From positions 61,608-125,607 of the forward strand of contig JAOIOC010000001.1 in NCBI GenBank assembly GCA_028140145.1: DNA of 64,000 nucleotides, given 5' to 3'. The stretch is from SAR86 cluster bacterium (lineage in GTDB: Bacteria; Pseudomonadota; Gammaproteobacteria; Magnimaribacterales; AG-339-G14). Positions 29,306 through 39,987 of this stretch are shown one piece after another. Positions within the stretch are counted from its first letter, which is position 1. Every line of letters begins with the position of its first letter. The notes under the pieces are model-generated. The model was given only the letters and a program-made list of their open reading frames with translations, was not told where the DNA came from and did not search any database. The position numbers were made by a program, and so were the translations under genes.

Positions 29306-30423
29306 GAAAAATATTTATTTATGCTATTGGATATTTTTTGACTTGCTTGACCGCTGCCATAAGGATTTTTCGCTAGTGACATATTAATGTATTCATCTTG
29401 GTTATCAAGAAGTCTATTAACCTCTGCTACAATTTTTTTTGATTTTGCACCAACCAACTTTGCTGTTCCAGCTTCAATAGCCTCAGGTCTTTCTGTATTA
29501 TCTCTCATAACTAAAACTGGCTTTCCTAGGCTGGGGGCTTCTTCTTGAATTCCACCACTATCAGTTAGAATGATTGTTGATAGCTTCATCAACTTCACAA
29601 AATAAATGTAATTAAGTGGCTCTATAAGGTGGATGTTTTTTGAGGATTTTAAGTATTTATTGACTACAACTTTCACATTTGGATTCAGATGAACAGGATA
29701 AATAATATCTACATCTTCTCTTTTGCTAATTTCTTTCAGCGCCAAACATATTTGCTTAAGCCCTTCGCCAAAGTTTTCTCTTCTGTGACCAGTGACTAAA
29801 ATAATTTTTTTTTCCGGATTAGATAAAAATGGCAGGCTCTTGTTTATGTCATCAGAAAAATTAATTTTTTCAGATTTTTCAGATATCTCTAGCAAGGCAT
29901 CAATAACAGTGTTACCAGTAACCACGATTTTTTTTAATGCTATTTTTTCATTCAATAAATTATTTTTTGCTTTTATGGTTGGTGCAAAGTTTAAAGAAGC
30001 TATTTTTGAAACTACTTGCCTGTTAAATTCTTCTGGATAGGGAGAATGTATATTGTAAGTTCTTAATCCAGCTTCAACATGTCCAATTGGTATTTTTTTA
30101 TAAAAGGCTGCCATTGCACTTGCTAAGGTAGTGGTTGTATCTCCATGAACTAATAGAAGGTCAGGATTTACTTCTTCAATTATATTTCCCAATCGCAACA
30201 AGACCCTAGAAGTAATATCAAATAAATCTTGATCATTTTTCATCGAATCTAAATCAAAATCTGGTTTTACTTCAAAAATTTCTAAAACTTGATCAAGCAT
30301 TTCTCTGTGTTGAGCTGTAACACAAACAGAAACGTCAAAATTTTGTTTTAAGTTATTTACAAGTGGGCACATCTTAATAGCCTCAGGACGTGTACCGAAT
30401 ACGACTAGTATTTTATTTACCAT
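29302..30423 (-). CDS. wecB: UDP-N-acetylglucosamine (or UDP-GlcNAc3NAcA) 2-epimerase, non-hydrolysing
   Basis: ILVVFGTRPEAIKMCPL, HVEAGLRT and TDSGGIQEEAPSLGKPVLVMR. A WecB versus WbpI role is ambiguous. Confidence 0.85.
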   Translation of the reverse strand: MVNKILVVFGTRPEAIKMCPLVNNLKQNFDVSVCVTAQHREMLDQVLEIFEVKPDFDLDSMKNDQDLFDITSRVLLRLGNIIEEVNPDLLLVHGDTTTTLASAMAAFYKKIPIGHVEAGLRTYNIHSPYPEEFNRQVVSKIASLNFAPTIKAKNNLLNEKIALKKIVVTGNTVIDALLEISEKSEKINFSDDINKSLPFLSNPEKKIILVTGHRRENFGEGLKQICLALKEISKREDVDIIYPVHLNPNVKVVVNKYLKSSKNIHLIEPLNYIYFVKLMKLSTIILTDSGGIQEEAPSLGKPVLVMRDNTERPEAIEAGTAKLVGAKSKKIVAEVNRLLDNQDEYINMSLAKNPYGSGQASQKISNSINKYFS

Positions 30424-32087
30424 TTAAATATTGATTTTATCTCTGAGGTTGATTTAGCTTCAGCTTCAAAAACAATTTTTTTCGTTTCTTCTTGAGAATC
30501 AAAAGAATAATTATAAATTGAATCTTCAATTTTTATTTTTTTATTATCTAATCCCGAATAAATAAATGAGATCACAATTTCCTTGTCTGCCAGTTGCAAG
30601 AATATATTATCCTCACTGACTTTATTGATTTTTACGTTAGGGTGTAAAGGAAAGCATAACTTCAAAATATTTTGCTTACCTGAAAGAACATTATCAATTA
30701 TAGTTATTTGATTATTGCATATAGACCACTTTCTTCTATGAACTGGGGATCCAGGTAAATTTGAGTAACCATTGTGTGAAGCTGAAAACTCAATCTCTTG
30801 GTTAGAAAAATTATTTTCTTTAGTTAAAATTTTTGCTCGATTGCCAACTCGAAAACTACTCCATACTTGGCTTGAATTAAGATCGTTAATAATTAAACAG
30901 GAATGATTTGTTGAAGATCGTTCTAAGATTCTCGTTTTGTTAGTTTCATAAGTTGATATTCCAAGATTTACAATTAATTTTTTTTTAAAAAGTGAAAGTT
31001 CGAAACTAAGTGTATCTGCATGAGCATGGCCTGGAAGTTCATCAGGACCAATATTTCCTCGATCAGAAATCAAATAAATATCTTCATCAGAATACACAGT
31101 GTATCCCGAATCATCAAAATCTAAGATTTGTTTATTATTTTCTGATGTTTTAACTCCCATCCTTTTTGCATAATCTATTAGTTGATGGCAATTTAAACAT
31201 TCATCATTTGTGCTATCGTTAAAATGAGATAAAGAGCCATCTGGATGAGTCATTGCTTGCAGCCAGAAAATCATTTTTTTTATAAGACCTTCATCAAAAA
31301 TATCATCCTCTAAAGAAAAAGCTTGATGAATATTTTTTATATCTAACAAATCTTCTAATATTATGGAGTGGTACATCGGAGACAACTCATAATGACTGCC
31401 GTCCTGTAATATTTGAGTATCTAATTGAGATTTCAATAATTCAATTCCCTTTTCATACCAAATACGAGCTTTCTTTCCAGAAAATAAGATGCCTAAGAAA
31501 ATTAATGCTTTAGCATTTGATATTAAATGATTACCACCTAAGTGATATTCTAAATTTTTGTATAGGTAATCTGCTTGAAGAATTAAGTTATTTTTTATTT
31601 TTTTTGGTGGATCGAGATCAAAATATACCAACCACTTGATCCAGTTCACTGTCCTTAGGGAAATTGGATATGGGTCCCATGCTGACCTTAAAAAGTTAAT
31701 GTTTTTATCTATCCAACTATTAACTAATTTTTCAGGTAACCCATTTTGATTTGAAACCTGATTTGAAAGTAAAAAATCAAAATAATTTAAATTATAGTTC
31801 CATAACTTGGGATGATTATTTTCATTCCATAAATCATTATTATTTAGATCGGTAGAAATTTTCATAAAACTAAACGTTTGCTCATCATTTATTTTTGATG
31901 AATTTGGATTAATTAAAATGAAATTTTTTGTTGCTTTATTTAAAAATAAATTGTGTAACTTTGGAGATTTGAGCCTACTGAAAGATTTGAAAAATCTATA
32001 AAAAATTTGTTTTAAAGTGAGAAATTTAATGGTGTTAAAGTAAAGAAGAAAAGCAGGTATAAGACCTTTTATTTTTTTTTTCGTCAC
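30417..32087 (-). CDS. Heparinase II/III-like family protein (cytoplasmic, biosynthetic-locus type)
   Basis: GTG start overlapping the upstream stop (GTGA). LPGHAHADTLSFEL is the hallmark of heparinase II/III-like proteins. No signal peptide. Confidence 0.75.
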   Translation of the reverse strand: MTKKKIKGLIPAFLLYFNTIKFLTLKQIFYRFFKSFSRLKSPKLHNLFLNKATKNFILINPNSSKINDEQTFSFMKISTDLNNNDLWNENNHPKLWNYNLNYFDFLLSNQVSNQNGLPEKLVNSWIDKNINFLRSAWDPYPISLRTVNWIKWLVYFDLDPPKKIKNNLILQADYLYKNLEYHLGGNHLISNAKALIFLGILFSGKKARIWYEKGIELLKSQLDTQILQDGSHYELSPMYHSIILEDLLDIKNIHQAFSLEDDIFDEGLIKKMIFWLQAMTHPDGSLSHFNDSTNDECLNCHQLIDYAKRMGVKTSENNKQILDFDDSGYTVYSDEDIYLISDRGNIGPDELPGHAHADTLSFELSLFKKKLIVNLGISTYETNKTRILERSSTNHSCLIINDLNSSQVWSSFRVGNRAKILTKENNFSNQEIEFSASHNGYSNLPGSPVHRRKWSICNNQITIIDNVLSGKQNILKLCFPLHPNVKINKVSEDNIFLQLADKEIVISFIYSGLDNKKIKIEDSIYNYSFDSQEETKKIVFEAEAKSTSEIKSIFKW

Positions 32088-34210
32088 TTAAATGACTCTG
32101 TTATTTCAATAGCAACTTTTGATACTTCAAAGATTTCCTCAAATGGTATTGGACTGGGCTCTCCATTAGTGATTGCTCTAAAAAAGCTTTCAACGCATTG
32201 ATCATGTCCCTTATTTTGAAAAAGATTTCTAGCAAATTTGAAATTAGGCCAATTGTATCCTTTCAGATTCCTAAAATTATTTAATTGTAAACAAGATTGT
32301 GAGCTAAAAATATCAATTCTTTCTTTAGGAAAAGATTTTCCTCCATTAGATAGATAGTTTATTGATCCCATAGATCCATCTTTGAAATTCATATTTATCA
32401 ATACTTGATCCAATTGAGTGAACTTATCTGGCTTTGTTTGGCCAAAGTTCACACTGTGGCTTTCAATTTCAGACCCTGCAAAAAACCTCATTAGATCTAT
32501 AAAATGACAAGCCTCTCCTATAATTCTCCCTCCACCAACCTCAAGATCTTGCTGCCAATTTTCTTCCTCGATAAAGCCAGCATTTATTGTCATTATGAAT
32601 GTTTTTGGATCTTTATTTTGTTCAAGGAGTTTCTTAATTTTTTTTGATAGTGGAGCAAATCTCCTATTGAATCCAATCATTAAAATTTGACTCGACTTTC
32701 CTCTTTCGTCCATACAAGTTTTTACTTCTTCTAGTTGCTTTAAGTTAATAGCAAGAGGTTTTTCAACAAAAATATTTTTATTATTCTTGATGCCCTCGCA
32801 GACTTGATCTGAGTGAAAATTATGAGGGGTAGCAATAAATACAGTATTTATATTTTTATTTTCCCAAAAAGACTTTTCGTCGGTTGTAATGTCTTTAAAT
32901 TTAAATTTTTTAGCTTGATTATGCGCATTAAGACCTTGAGAAGATAAAATTGAAGCAAACGAGTATTTATACTTTTGTTTTTTTATAGCTGGCAGTAAAG
33001 TTCTCATAGAAAAATTGCCTGGCCCTACTAATCCAATTTCGATTTCTACTTCGTCTTGTGTCTGAACATCTTCATAGATGAAGTCTGTTTTTTGAGTATG
33101 AATTTCTTCATTTTTTGAATATTTAATTAGTGTTGCTAAGTTTTTTTTATCTTCAATTGTTTCATATGCTTTAAGTGAATTATCAACATCAAAAATTTGA
33201 GAGATCAAAGGTTTCATATTTATCTTTTCTTCCGATAATAAATTCAGAAAAGTCTCGAAATTTCTCTGCGCCGTCCATCTTACAAACCCTATTGGATAAT
33301 CTACTCCTCCCTCTTCATAAACTTTATCGTATCTACCTGGCCCATAAGATGATGAAACTTGAAACGAAATTTCTTTTTTATAAAAGTCATCTCTTTTAAG
33401 ATTAAGACCAACTTGACCTACTAAAATTATTCTTCCTCTTTGTCTGGTTGATTGAGCTGAATTATGGATAACAGAATTGCTTTTAGTATCAGCACATATA
33501 ATTGTTCCATCTACTTCTTTTCCTTTGTTGAAAGATATAACACTCTGATAGAAGTCCTCATTATTTTTTAAGCAAATAATTTTAGCTCCAAAGCTCTTAG
33601 CAAGTTGGCACCTCTTTTCATCATGATCTACTCCGATAACATCACAACCATTTGCAATAAGAATCTGAGTTGTGATTAAACCCAATAGTCCAAGGCCAAT
33701 AACAAGAAAAGTCTCCCCTATATTAGGTTTTGCTAGTCTAATTCCTTGAAGCGAGACTGATCCAATAACGGTAAAAGATGCTTCTTCAAAAGTTACTTTT
33801 TCTGGAATCAGTGCACATAGATTCGATGGGACTCTCAATATCTCTGCATGAGGCCCGTTTGAAATCACTCTATCTCCCTCTTTAAACTTTTGGACTGAGC
33901 TTTCAAGAACGACTCCTGCATTTGAATAACCCAATGCTATAGGATCATTTAACTTTGATTTTACTGCCTCATAAGTTGGCAGAATTCCATCTGTTTTTAT
34001 TTTGTCAAAAACTTGAAGAACCCTATCAGACTCACTGATGGCCTTTTGAAGGAGATTAGATCTACCAAAATTTATTAGCATTCTCTCAGTCCCAGTTGAA
34101 ACGAGAGAATATTTTGAAGAGACAATTAAATGATTTTTTATATTTTTCGGCGGAGGTATATCAACAATTGAAGTTTCTCCATTTGAGAGGTTTTGAACAA
34201 TCTGTTTCAT
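32084..34210 (-). CDS. Bi-domain oxidoreductase: N-terminal MDR/zinc-type alcohol dehydrogenase + C-terminal Gfo/Idh/MocA
   Basis: The N-terminal half has a GroES-like region plus VIGLGLLGL Rossmann motif. The C-terminal half has VGPGNF..., FVEKPLA (EKP motif) and an alpha/beta C-domain. Confidence 0.75.
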   Translation of the reverse strand: MKQIVQNLSNGETSIVDIPPPKNIKNHLIVSSKYSLVSTGTERMLINFGRSNLLQKAISESDRVLQVFDKIKTDGILPTYEAVKSKLNDPIALGYSNAGVVLESSVQKFKEGDRVISNGPHAEILRVPSNLCALIPEKVTFEEASFTVIGSVSLQGIRLAKPNIGETFLVIGLGLLGLITTQILIANGCDVIGVDHDEKRCQLAKSFGAKIICLKNNEDFYQSVISFNKGKEVDGTIICADTKSNSVIHNSAQSTRQRGRIILVGQVGLNLKRDDFYKKEISFQVSSSYGPGRYDKVYEEGGVDYPIGFVRWTAQRNFETFLNLLSEEKINMKPLISQIFDVDNSLKAYETIEDKKNLATLIKYSKNEEIHTQKTDFIYEDVQTQDEVEIEIGLVGPGNFSMRTLLPAIKKQKYKYSFASILSSQGLNAHNQAKKFKFKDITTDEKSFWENKNINTVFIATPHNFHSDQVCEGIKNNKNIFVEKPLAINLKQLEEVKTCMDERGKSSQILMIGFNRRFAPLSKKIKKLLEQNKDPKTFIMTINAGFIEEENWQQDLEVGGGRIIGEACHFIDLMRFFAGSEIESHSVNFGQTKPDKFTQLDQVLINMNFKDGSMGSINYLSNGGKSFPKERIDIFSSQSCLQLNNFRNLKGYNWPNFKFARNLFQNKGHDQCVESFFRAITNGEPSPIPFEEIFEVSKVAIEITESFK

Positions 34211-35310
34211 AAAAATTGTTTCAATTCTACATGACGATAAGCATACTTAAATAAGTCTTTTTTATCTTTTTGAAAAACAGTCTTAAAAACATCAAAAACA
34301 TTATTTTCACTGATTTCTTCCAAATCTGAAAAATTTTTTTTTCCCTTAACAGTTTTTCTTGAATACCAAGGAGAATAATTTTTTGAAGTTACCGGGTAGA
34401 AATTTTCTATGAAAGGACCGGTTTTCTTATAATCTGTTGGCCCATATATCCCTATGACGCGGCAGCCTAAAGCTCCTGCTAGGTGGGAAATTCCATTACA
34501 ATTGGTAATTGCTATACTGCATCGGGAGAGGAAATTTGCTGTCTCTTTAATTGATAAATTTCCACATAGATTTACAACATTTACGTTATCTTTGACTAGT
34601 TCTTCGCCGATAATATTTTCAAGTTCGTTCCCTAAGATGAATATTTTTACCTCTGGATATGAATTATTTATTTTTGATATAAGATTTTTAAATTTATGAG
34701 AAGGCCATCTCTTATATGACTCTATCTCACCAGAACCCGGAGCTATAGCAAGACAATTCTCTTTTAAAGCATCTCCATAAGCTTCAAAATCACTGATAAT
34801 TTCTTTTTTACTTATCAACTCATTGAAACGTGCTTCAAGATCAATATCATTTAAATCAAATTTATTTGATACTAATTTGTAATTGCCAATTACCTTGTGA
34901 GTGTGAATATTATGGTTTGCCTTAAATAATTTATAAAAAAGATTTTTTCTACTTGGAATTGTTTGAAAAACGTTCAAAAAAATGCTCAAAAGTATTGATT
35001 TCTTGTATTCCATTCCATTTGCGAATATCAACTGATCTATTTTTTGTTTCCTCAGATTTTTAAAGAGAGAAAACATTTTGAATGAAAATAATTTTGTATT
35101 TTCAAAAAAGAAGTAATCAAAGTTTTCGTCTTTAATGAAAAGTTGGATTACACTTTTTTCAACCTGACTTTTAAGGGTGAAGGATATTTTTTTAGGTTTG
35201 TCCCTCAATACTTTAAAAATCAAAGGAATCATCATTACCACATCTCCTATTCCATGAGTATTAACAAAATGGACATGGCTTCCGACAATAATTTTATCTT
35301 CATTAACCAT
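34207..35310 (-). CDS. GT9-family glycosyltransferase (heptosyltransferase-like)
   Basis: N-terminal HGIGDVVMMIPL and C-terminal ITNCNGISHLAGALGCRVIGIYGPTD. Confidence 0.75.
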   Translation of the reverse strand: MVNEDKIIVGSHVHFVNTHGIGDVVMMIPLIFKVLRDKPKKISFTLKSQVEKSVIQLFIKDENFDYFFFENTKLFSFKMFSLFKNLRKQKIDQLIFANGMEYKKSILLSIFLNVFQTIPSRKNLFYKLFKANHNIHTHKVIGNYKLVSNKFDLNDIDLEARFNELISKKEIISDFEAYGDALKENCLAIAPGSGEIESYKRWPSHKFKNLISKINNSYPEVKIFILGNELENIIGEELVKDNVNVVNLCGNLSIKETANFLSRCSIAITNCNGISHLAGALGCRVIGIYGPTDYKKTGPFIENFYPVTSKNYSPWYSRKTVKGKKNFSDLEEISENNVFDVFKTVFQKDKKDLFKYAYRHVELKQFL

Positions 35311-35332
35311 AATGATTCTTTTCAGACTAGTG

Positions 35333-36550
35333 TTAGGCGCGAATAATATCGAATTCTTCTTTAGGCTGCAATTTTAAAGAAATAATGTGGATGAAGTAGA
35401 TAATTAAGAGAAAATCTAAACCAAAGTTCCCTCCAGGGGGATTAAAAAAGGATATAAAAACATAAGATAAAATTAGTGGCCTAAAAATATTATTTGTGGA
35501 TTTATATATTCTTAAAAAGAAATATGAAATTAGAATAAATCCAATAAGTCCGAACTCCGCTATTATGTAAATTGGCCCATTAAAAACATCCTGCAGATCA
35601 TCAAGAAGAATTGTTTGACCTCCTGGGCCCATGCCAAAAAGTAAAATTAGAGGGTTAAATTCCAAGAAGTAGAATTGTGTAAGAAATAAAATTACTCTTG
35701 ATCCATTTGTATAATCAAAATTTTGCCAATTTGAATTACTTATGAATTCATTAATCAAAAGAAGTTCTTGATAAACTCTTGTAACGTCTCTCATAAAATA
35801 ATTTTCAGGAATTATAAAAAATAAAAGTATTGAAAAAGGAATTAAATAAAAGAAATATCTGAAATTTCTAAATAAAAAAATAAAAAAAATGTTAGTTAGT
35901 GCGAAAACAACTCCTGTGGCAGAAATAGATAAAGTAAAAGCTAGAAATGAAATTATTTTCATCAAATTACTTTTCGTATCAATTAAAAAGAAATACATAA
36001 AGGTTATCCAAGCAAATATTGAATAATGGGATGGCTCAGGAAAAAGACCTCTCATTCTTGGCCAATTATCTGCAGGATCATGGACTCCAAATGACAGAGG
36101 ATTTAACCCCACAAGATAAATGAGATACAGGAAAATTGAAAAAAATAGGTGAAATTTTAGAAGTTTTATTGAGATTTCAATGAAATCGACATTTTTTCTA
36201 AGTGTTGAGAAAAAATAAATGATGACTAAAGAGTGCATCCAGATAAAAAAAGAAATAAATATAAAGGGTGTTTCGTTTATTGATACTCCAATATTAACCA
36301 GGATATTTCCAATAAAAACTAAAAATAACCATAGAAATAATATAAAAGTAGTTATAGGGATAAAATTTTCCCTTTTATTAATTAATGAAACAACATAAAA
36401 AAAAATTAAGGATAAAAATATCAATATTTCTATGTATCTAAAAGGAATTGAAATCCTCGTGCTTATTCCAAAAGTTAATTGATTAAAGAAAACTGAGAAG
36501 ATTGTGACTATAAACAATAAAGAACTTAAATGTTTTATGCTAATTGTCAA
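35333..36550 (-). CDS. O-antigen ligase/polymerase-family membrane protein (Wzy_C-like)
   Basis: 405 aa with about 10-12 TM helices. A loop RMRGLFPEPSHYS resembles the RxxGxxxxPN motif of the WaaL/Wzy family. Confidence 0.55.
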   Translation of the reverse strand: MTISIKHLSSLLFIVTIFSVFFNQLTFGISTRISIPFRYIEILIFLSLIFFYVVSLINKRENFIPITTFILFLWLFLVFIGNILVNIGVSINETPFIFISFFIWMHSLVIIYFFSTLRKNVDFIEISIKLLKFHLFFSIFLYLIYLVGLNPLSFGVHDPADNWPRMRGLFPEPSHYSIFAWITFMYFFLIDTKSNLMKIISFLAFTLSISATGVVFALTNIFFIFLFRNFRYFFYLIPFSILLFFIIPENYFMRDVTRVYQELLLINEFISNSNWQNFDYTNGSRVILFLTQFYFLEFNPLILLFGMGPGGQTILLDDLQDVFNGPIYIIAEFGLIGFILISYFFLRIYKSTNNIFRPLILSYVFISFFNPPGGNFGLDFLLIIYFIHIISLKLQPKEEFDIIRA

Positions 36551-37563
36551 AATATCTCTCTTAAATTATTGTTTATCTTTTGAAAAAATTTCTCCATAGA
36601 ATTTAGTTTTAAAAATTCATTATATTTATCAAGGTCAATATCTTCATTCATAAGTCTCTTAACTTTTTCAATAAAATTTTCTTTATCGTCTGTTAAATGT
36701 ATGACCTCTGTTTTAACAGAGGTAGATGAAGATAACATAACGACATGCAATCCTGCAGATAAATAATCATATGTTTTTAATGGTATTTCCATATGTGTAT
36801 TTTTCTGATCAATATCAAATGGTATCAAGCCAACTTTGAACAAAGATAATTGCTTTTGTAAATCACTCTTGTTAACGAGGCCATGAAAAATTAGATTTTC
36901 ATGGGAAAATGGAATTTTTTCAGAAAATAAATTAATGACTATACCTGAATCTAAAAGTTGTCTTAAGAAGTTATTGTCAAATTTATTTGATCCAACATAT
37001 ACAGCCTCCTTAAGCTTTTCTTTTCTGGAATAAACTTCTGAAAAATAAGAAGGATTAGGTAAATAAATACTGTTTTTATATTTTCTCGAAGACGAGAGTA
37101 ATACACTCCAAACTTGGCTAGTTTTATTAATCATTTTTGCCAGTTGTTCTGACTCATCTGAAAAAAAATTCAGATAGCCTTCATCATCTGACATTCTATA
37201 AATAAGTTTTTTGAATTTAATCTTTTCAAAAAAGTATGCAGACTGATAGCCCTCAGATATCATCAAATCAAAAGAGAGCCTTTTTGTAGAAAAAAAATAA
37301 ATTGGAATTGAAAAAATATTTCGAAAAAAAATATTTCTTATAGCATATGGAGGGATTAGAGAGATTACATGTAACTGTCTAAAGAATCCTTTTATCAATG
37401 CTTTAAGTTTATATCTGTTATGTTTTCTAAAAATTGATATAGATAAAGGGTAAGTGACCCAACATACAGAATGGCCATCATTTACTAGCCCCTCATAAAT
37501 ATAATGAATATTTACTTTTTTATCAGACTCTAAAAGATGACTAGTAAGAATAACAATTTTCAT
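36547..37563 (-). CDS. Putative GT-B glycosyltransferase
   Basis: Only the C-terminal EIPLKTYDYLSAGLHVV, resembling the GT-B donor-binding motif, is recognisable. Confidence 0.45.
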   Translation of the reverse strand: MKIVILTSHLLESDKKVNIHYIYEGLVNDGHSVCWVTYPLSISIFRKHNRYKLKALIKGFFRQLHVISLIPPYAIRNIFFRNIFSIPIYFFSTKRLSFDLMISEGYQSAYFFEKIKFKKLIYRMSDDEGYLNFFSDESEQLAKMINKTSQVWSVLLSSSRKYKNSIYLPNPSYFSEVYSRKEKLKEAVYVGSNKFDNNFLRQLLDSGIVINLFSEKIPFSHENLIFHGLVNKSDLQKQLSLFKVGLIPFDIDQKNTHMEIPLKTYDYLSAGLHVVMLSSSTSVKTEVIHLTDDKENFIEKVKRLMNEDIDLDKYNEFLKLNSMEKFFQKINNNLREIF

Positions 37564-37564
37564 T

Positions 37565-39028
37565 TTAAAAATTTTTGTAAACTCTAATTGTATTTTTTTT
37601 CTTTAAGCCAAACGATCCATAGTAATAATCCTCAAAAGAAGATGAAAGTTTAAAATCATCTAAAAATGTATCTGGAATATTACTTACTCCGGTATTTAAG
37701 CCAAGCTCAATTCCTTCATTTTTAAAGAGATGATAAAGTTCATTAGAAATAAAAATAACTTTTTTATCTCTTAAAATTTCTTTGAAGTTGACCCTGGCTT
37801 GATAGGAATAAAAATCATTTTCTTTAAAAATAAACCAAAAATTATCTGGCCCTACAATAGTGACATCTTGTGTGAGTTCAATTTCTTGACTTGCTTTGTC
37901 GTAAAATCCTCGAAGGTCTGAGGAGTAAAAATTCACTGCATTATAAAGTTGAAAAAATATTGAGTATGAAAAGAGGACGATCAATGACAGCTTCAATATA
38001 GTTTTTCTTTTTTTATAAGAAATACTTATTAAGAAAGCATATAAAAAGGGAAAAAAAATAATCAAATAATGGTGATTCATTCTCCCTAATAAAATATAGC
38101 CAGTTAATCCTCCTAAAAACATCCAAAATGAAGACCTAAATTTTGAATTTTCTAAACTTCTCTTTTCCAAGAAGTAATAGACGCCGATTAAAAGAAATAT
38201 AGGAAAATGTAACCACCGATATAAGGTACTATCAAATCCAAAAAGAAATATCCAAGAAAACCTATCGATCAATGAAGTCGAAATAACTTCATTAGCAAAT
38301 TCTAGGGAATTTTTAATTTCTTGGTAATGATTAATATTATTAAAGATAACAATTAATAATCCAATAAAATAACCTATCAAAAAAAACATTAATTTATGGA
38401 AATTACTTTTTCTAAAGAACTTTTCATCTTTAGAAAGCTCATAAAATATCAAAATAAATATAAATATTTGACTACTCAAATGAATGTCTATCGAGATAGA
38501 AATAAATAAACCAGATGCAATAATTTTTAGAATAGTTTGATTTTTAGATGTAAATAAATACAAAGACATGAATCCAGTTAATAAAACTAAGATTTCTGGT
38601 CTTGCTGAATGAGAACTAAGCAAAAAATGCTCTGAAAAAGAAAGAAATAATACTGCTAGAAGACATATAGTTCTTTCAAAATTTATGTTTCTTAATATTA
38701 AATAAAATAGGATCAAAACCGGGAAAGAGATAATCCATGATAAAAACCTATGCGCATAAATGAGGTTCGTAAAATACAGCATGAAATTTCCATACAAAAG
38801 ATCCATTATTCTTCCATGGCCTATTGCCAGACCAGGCTCTCTGCTCAAAACATCCAGTAAGTAACCTTCTTTAGCAAAATTGTAAGCAAATGAGGCAATC
38901 CATAGACTGTCTCGGTAATAAATCTTAAAAAAATAAAGAGAAAAGTAAGAATAAATTAAAGAGGAAAAAATAAAGATAATTAATAGCTTGTCAACCGAAG
39001 TAAATTTATCAAATTTCAAAGACTTCAT
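37565..39028 (-). CDS. GT-C-type membrane glycosyltransferase (ArnT/PMT/GtrC-like)
   Basis: 487 aa with about 11 TM helices. An early loop YYRDSLWIASFAYNF resembles the first-loop acidic motif of GT39/GT83 enzymes. A soluble C-terminal domain of about 110 aa follows. Adjacent to a GT2 and a GtrA gene. Confidence 0.55.
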   Translation of the reverse strand: MKSLKFDKFTSVDKLLIIFIFSSLIYSYFSLYFFKIYYRDSLWIASFAYNFAKEGYLLDVLSREPGLAIGHGRIMDLLYGNFMLYFTNLIYAHRFLSWIISFPVLILFYLILRNINFERTICLLAVLFLSFSEHFLLSSHSARPEILVLLTGFMSLYLFTSKNQTILKIIASGLFISISIDIHLSSQIFIFILIFYELSKDEKFFRKSNFHKLMFFLIGYFIGLLIVIFNNINHYQEIKNSLEFANEVISTSLIDRFSWIFLFGFDSTLYRWLHFPIFLLIGVYYFLEKRSLENSKFRSSFWMFLGGLTGYILLGRMNHHYLIIFFPFLYAFLISISYKKRKTILKLSLIVLFSYSIFFQLYNAVNFYSSDLRGFYDKASQEIELTQDVTIVGPDNFWFIFKENDFYSYQARVNFKEILRDKKVIFISNELYHLFKNEGIELGLNTGVSNIPDTFLDDFKLSSSFEDYYYGSFGLKKKNTIRVYKNF

Positions 39029-39039
39029 TTTGAAGGATT

Positions 39040-39987
39040 TTAAAAATTGATTCTTTCTTTTTCAATTACTAGGGGTTTTTTTCTAACTTGATTAAAAATT
39101 GCCAATATGTATTCTCCCAAAATTCCTATGAAAAATAGCTGAACTCCTCCAAAAAAGAAGAGAGCTACTATAATTGTTGGTATTCCTGCTTGAGAATCAA
39201 CAAACCCAAAGAGCGTCATTATGAAAATTGAAATAGAGTAAAGAATGCTGAGTGAAGAAATTAATAAACCAATAATTAGTGACAACCTTAAGGGAAGTCC
39301 ACTAAAACTTATTAATCCATTTAATCCTTGCTCAAACATTTTTAGAAGACCATTTTGTGATTTGCCGTACTCTCTTGCTCTCCAAGTATATTCAACCCCG
39401 GTAGATCTGAAACCAGCATCAAATGTCATTAACCTCATGAAAGGATTAGCATCTTCAGTTAATTTCATTGCCTCAATTACTTTTTTATCAACCAGTTGAA
39501 AATCTCCTACATTTTCTGGATAGTCGACATAAGTAACTTTCTTTAAAAGCTTATAATAGAGTCTTCGTGAAGTTCTTAAAAAAAATCCTTCCTCTCTTTT
39601 TGCTCTTACTCCATATACAATATCGTTACCCTTTTCCCAAAGTTCAATGAAGTTAGGAATTAATTCTGGTGGATCTTGCATATCAATTGGCATAAACAAA
39701 AGAGTTGCGTCTCCGGAGGAGTTCATTACTCCGTTATAGGTGTTATTCAATAAACCAAAGTTTCTTGAATTAAGTATGATTTTTATATTCTTATCTTTTT
39801 CTGCAATTGATTTCAAAATATCAACAGTTCGATCAGAAGAACAGTTATCACAGAAAATATGCTCATATTCATAATCCTCAAGATTAAGAAAAATATCTTT
39901 AATTGTCTCGTAACATTTTTTAATACCTTTTTCTTCATTAAAGCAAGGAGATATTATTGAAATTAGTTTTTTAGGCATTTTATTCAC
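39040..39987 (-). CDS. Polyprenyl-phosphate glycosyltransferase, GT2 (ArnC/GtrB/DPM1-like)
   Basis: ISIISPCFNEE, CDNCSSDRT and MPIDMQDPPELIPNF, with two C-terminal TM helices. Confidence 0.85.
   Translation of the reverse strand: MNKMPKKLISIISPCFNEEKGIKKCYETIKDIFLNLEDYEYEHIFCDNCSSDRTVDILKSIAEKDKNIKIILNSRNFGLLNNTYNGVMNSSGDATLLFMPIDMQDPPELIPNFIELWEKGNDIVYGVRAKREEGFFLRTSRRLYYKLLKKVTYVDYPENVGDFQLVDKKVIEAMKLTEDANPFMRLMTFDAGFRSTGVEYTWRAREYGKSQNGLLKMFEQGLNGLISFSGLPLRLSLIIGLLISSLSILYSISIFIMTLFGFVDSQAGIPTIIVALFFFGGVQLFFIGILGEYILAIFNQVRKKPLVIEKERINF

Noticed and set aside
32072-32081. A10 homopolymer in codons 3-6 of the heparinase-like gene (and an A8 near the start of the 511-aa gene) as possible phase-variation switches
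   Set aside because: Comparable A/T runs occur inside housekeeping genes in the same window, such as T8 in pheT near 13024 and T9 in galU near 22872. The tracts therefore look like a consequence of AT-rich, Lys-rich coding rather than dedicated contingency loci.
30417-32087. Heparinase II/III-like gene as evidence of a polysaccharide-degradation (PUL-like) system
   Set aside because: It has no signal peptide. No TonB-dependent receptor, SusD or other catabolic genes are nearby. The gene is translationally coupled within a biosynthetic operon.
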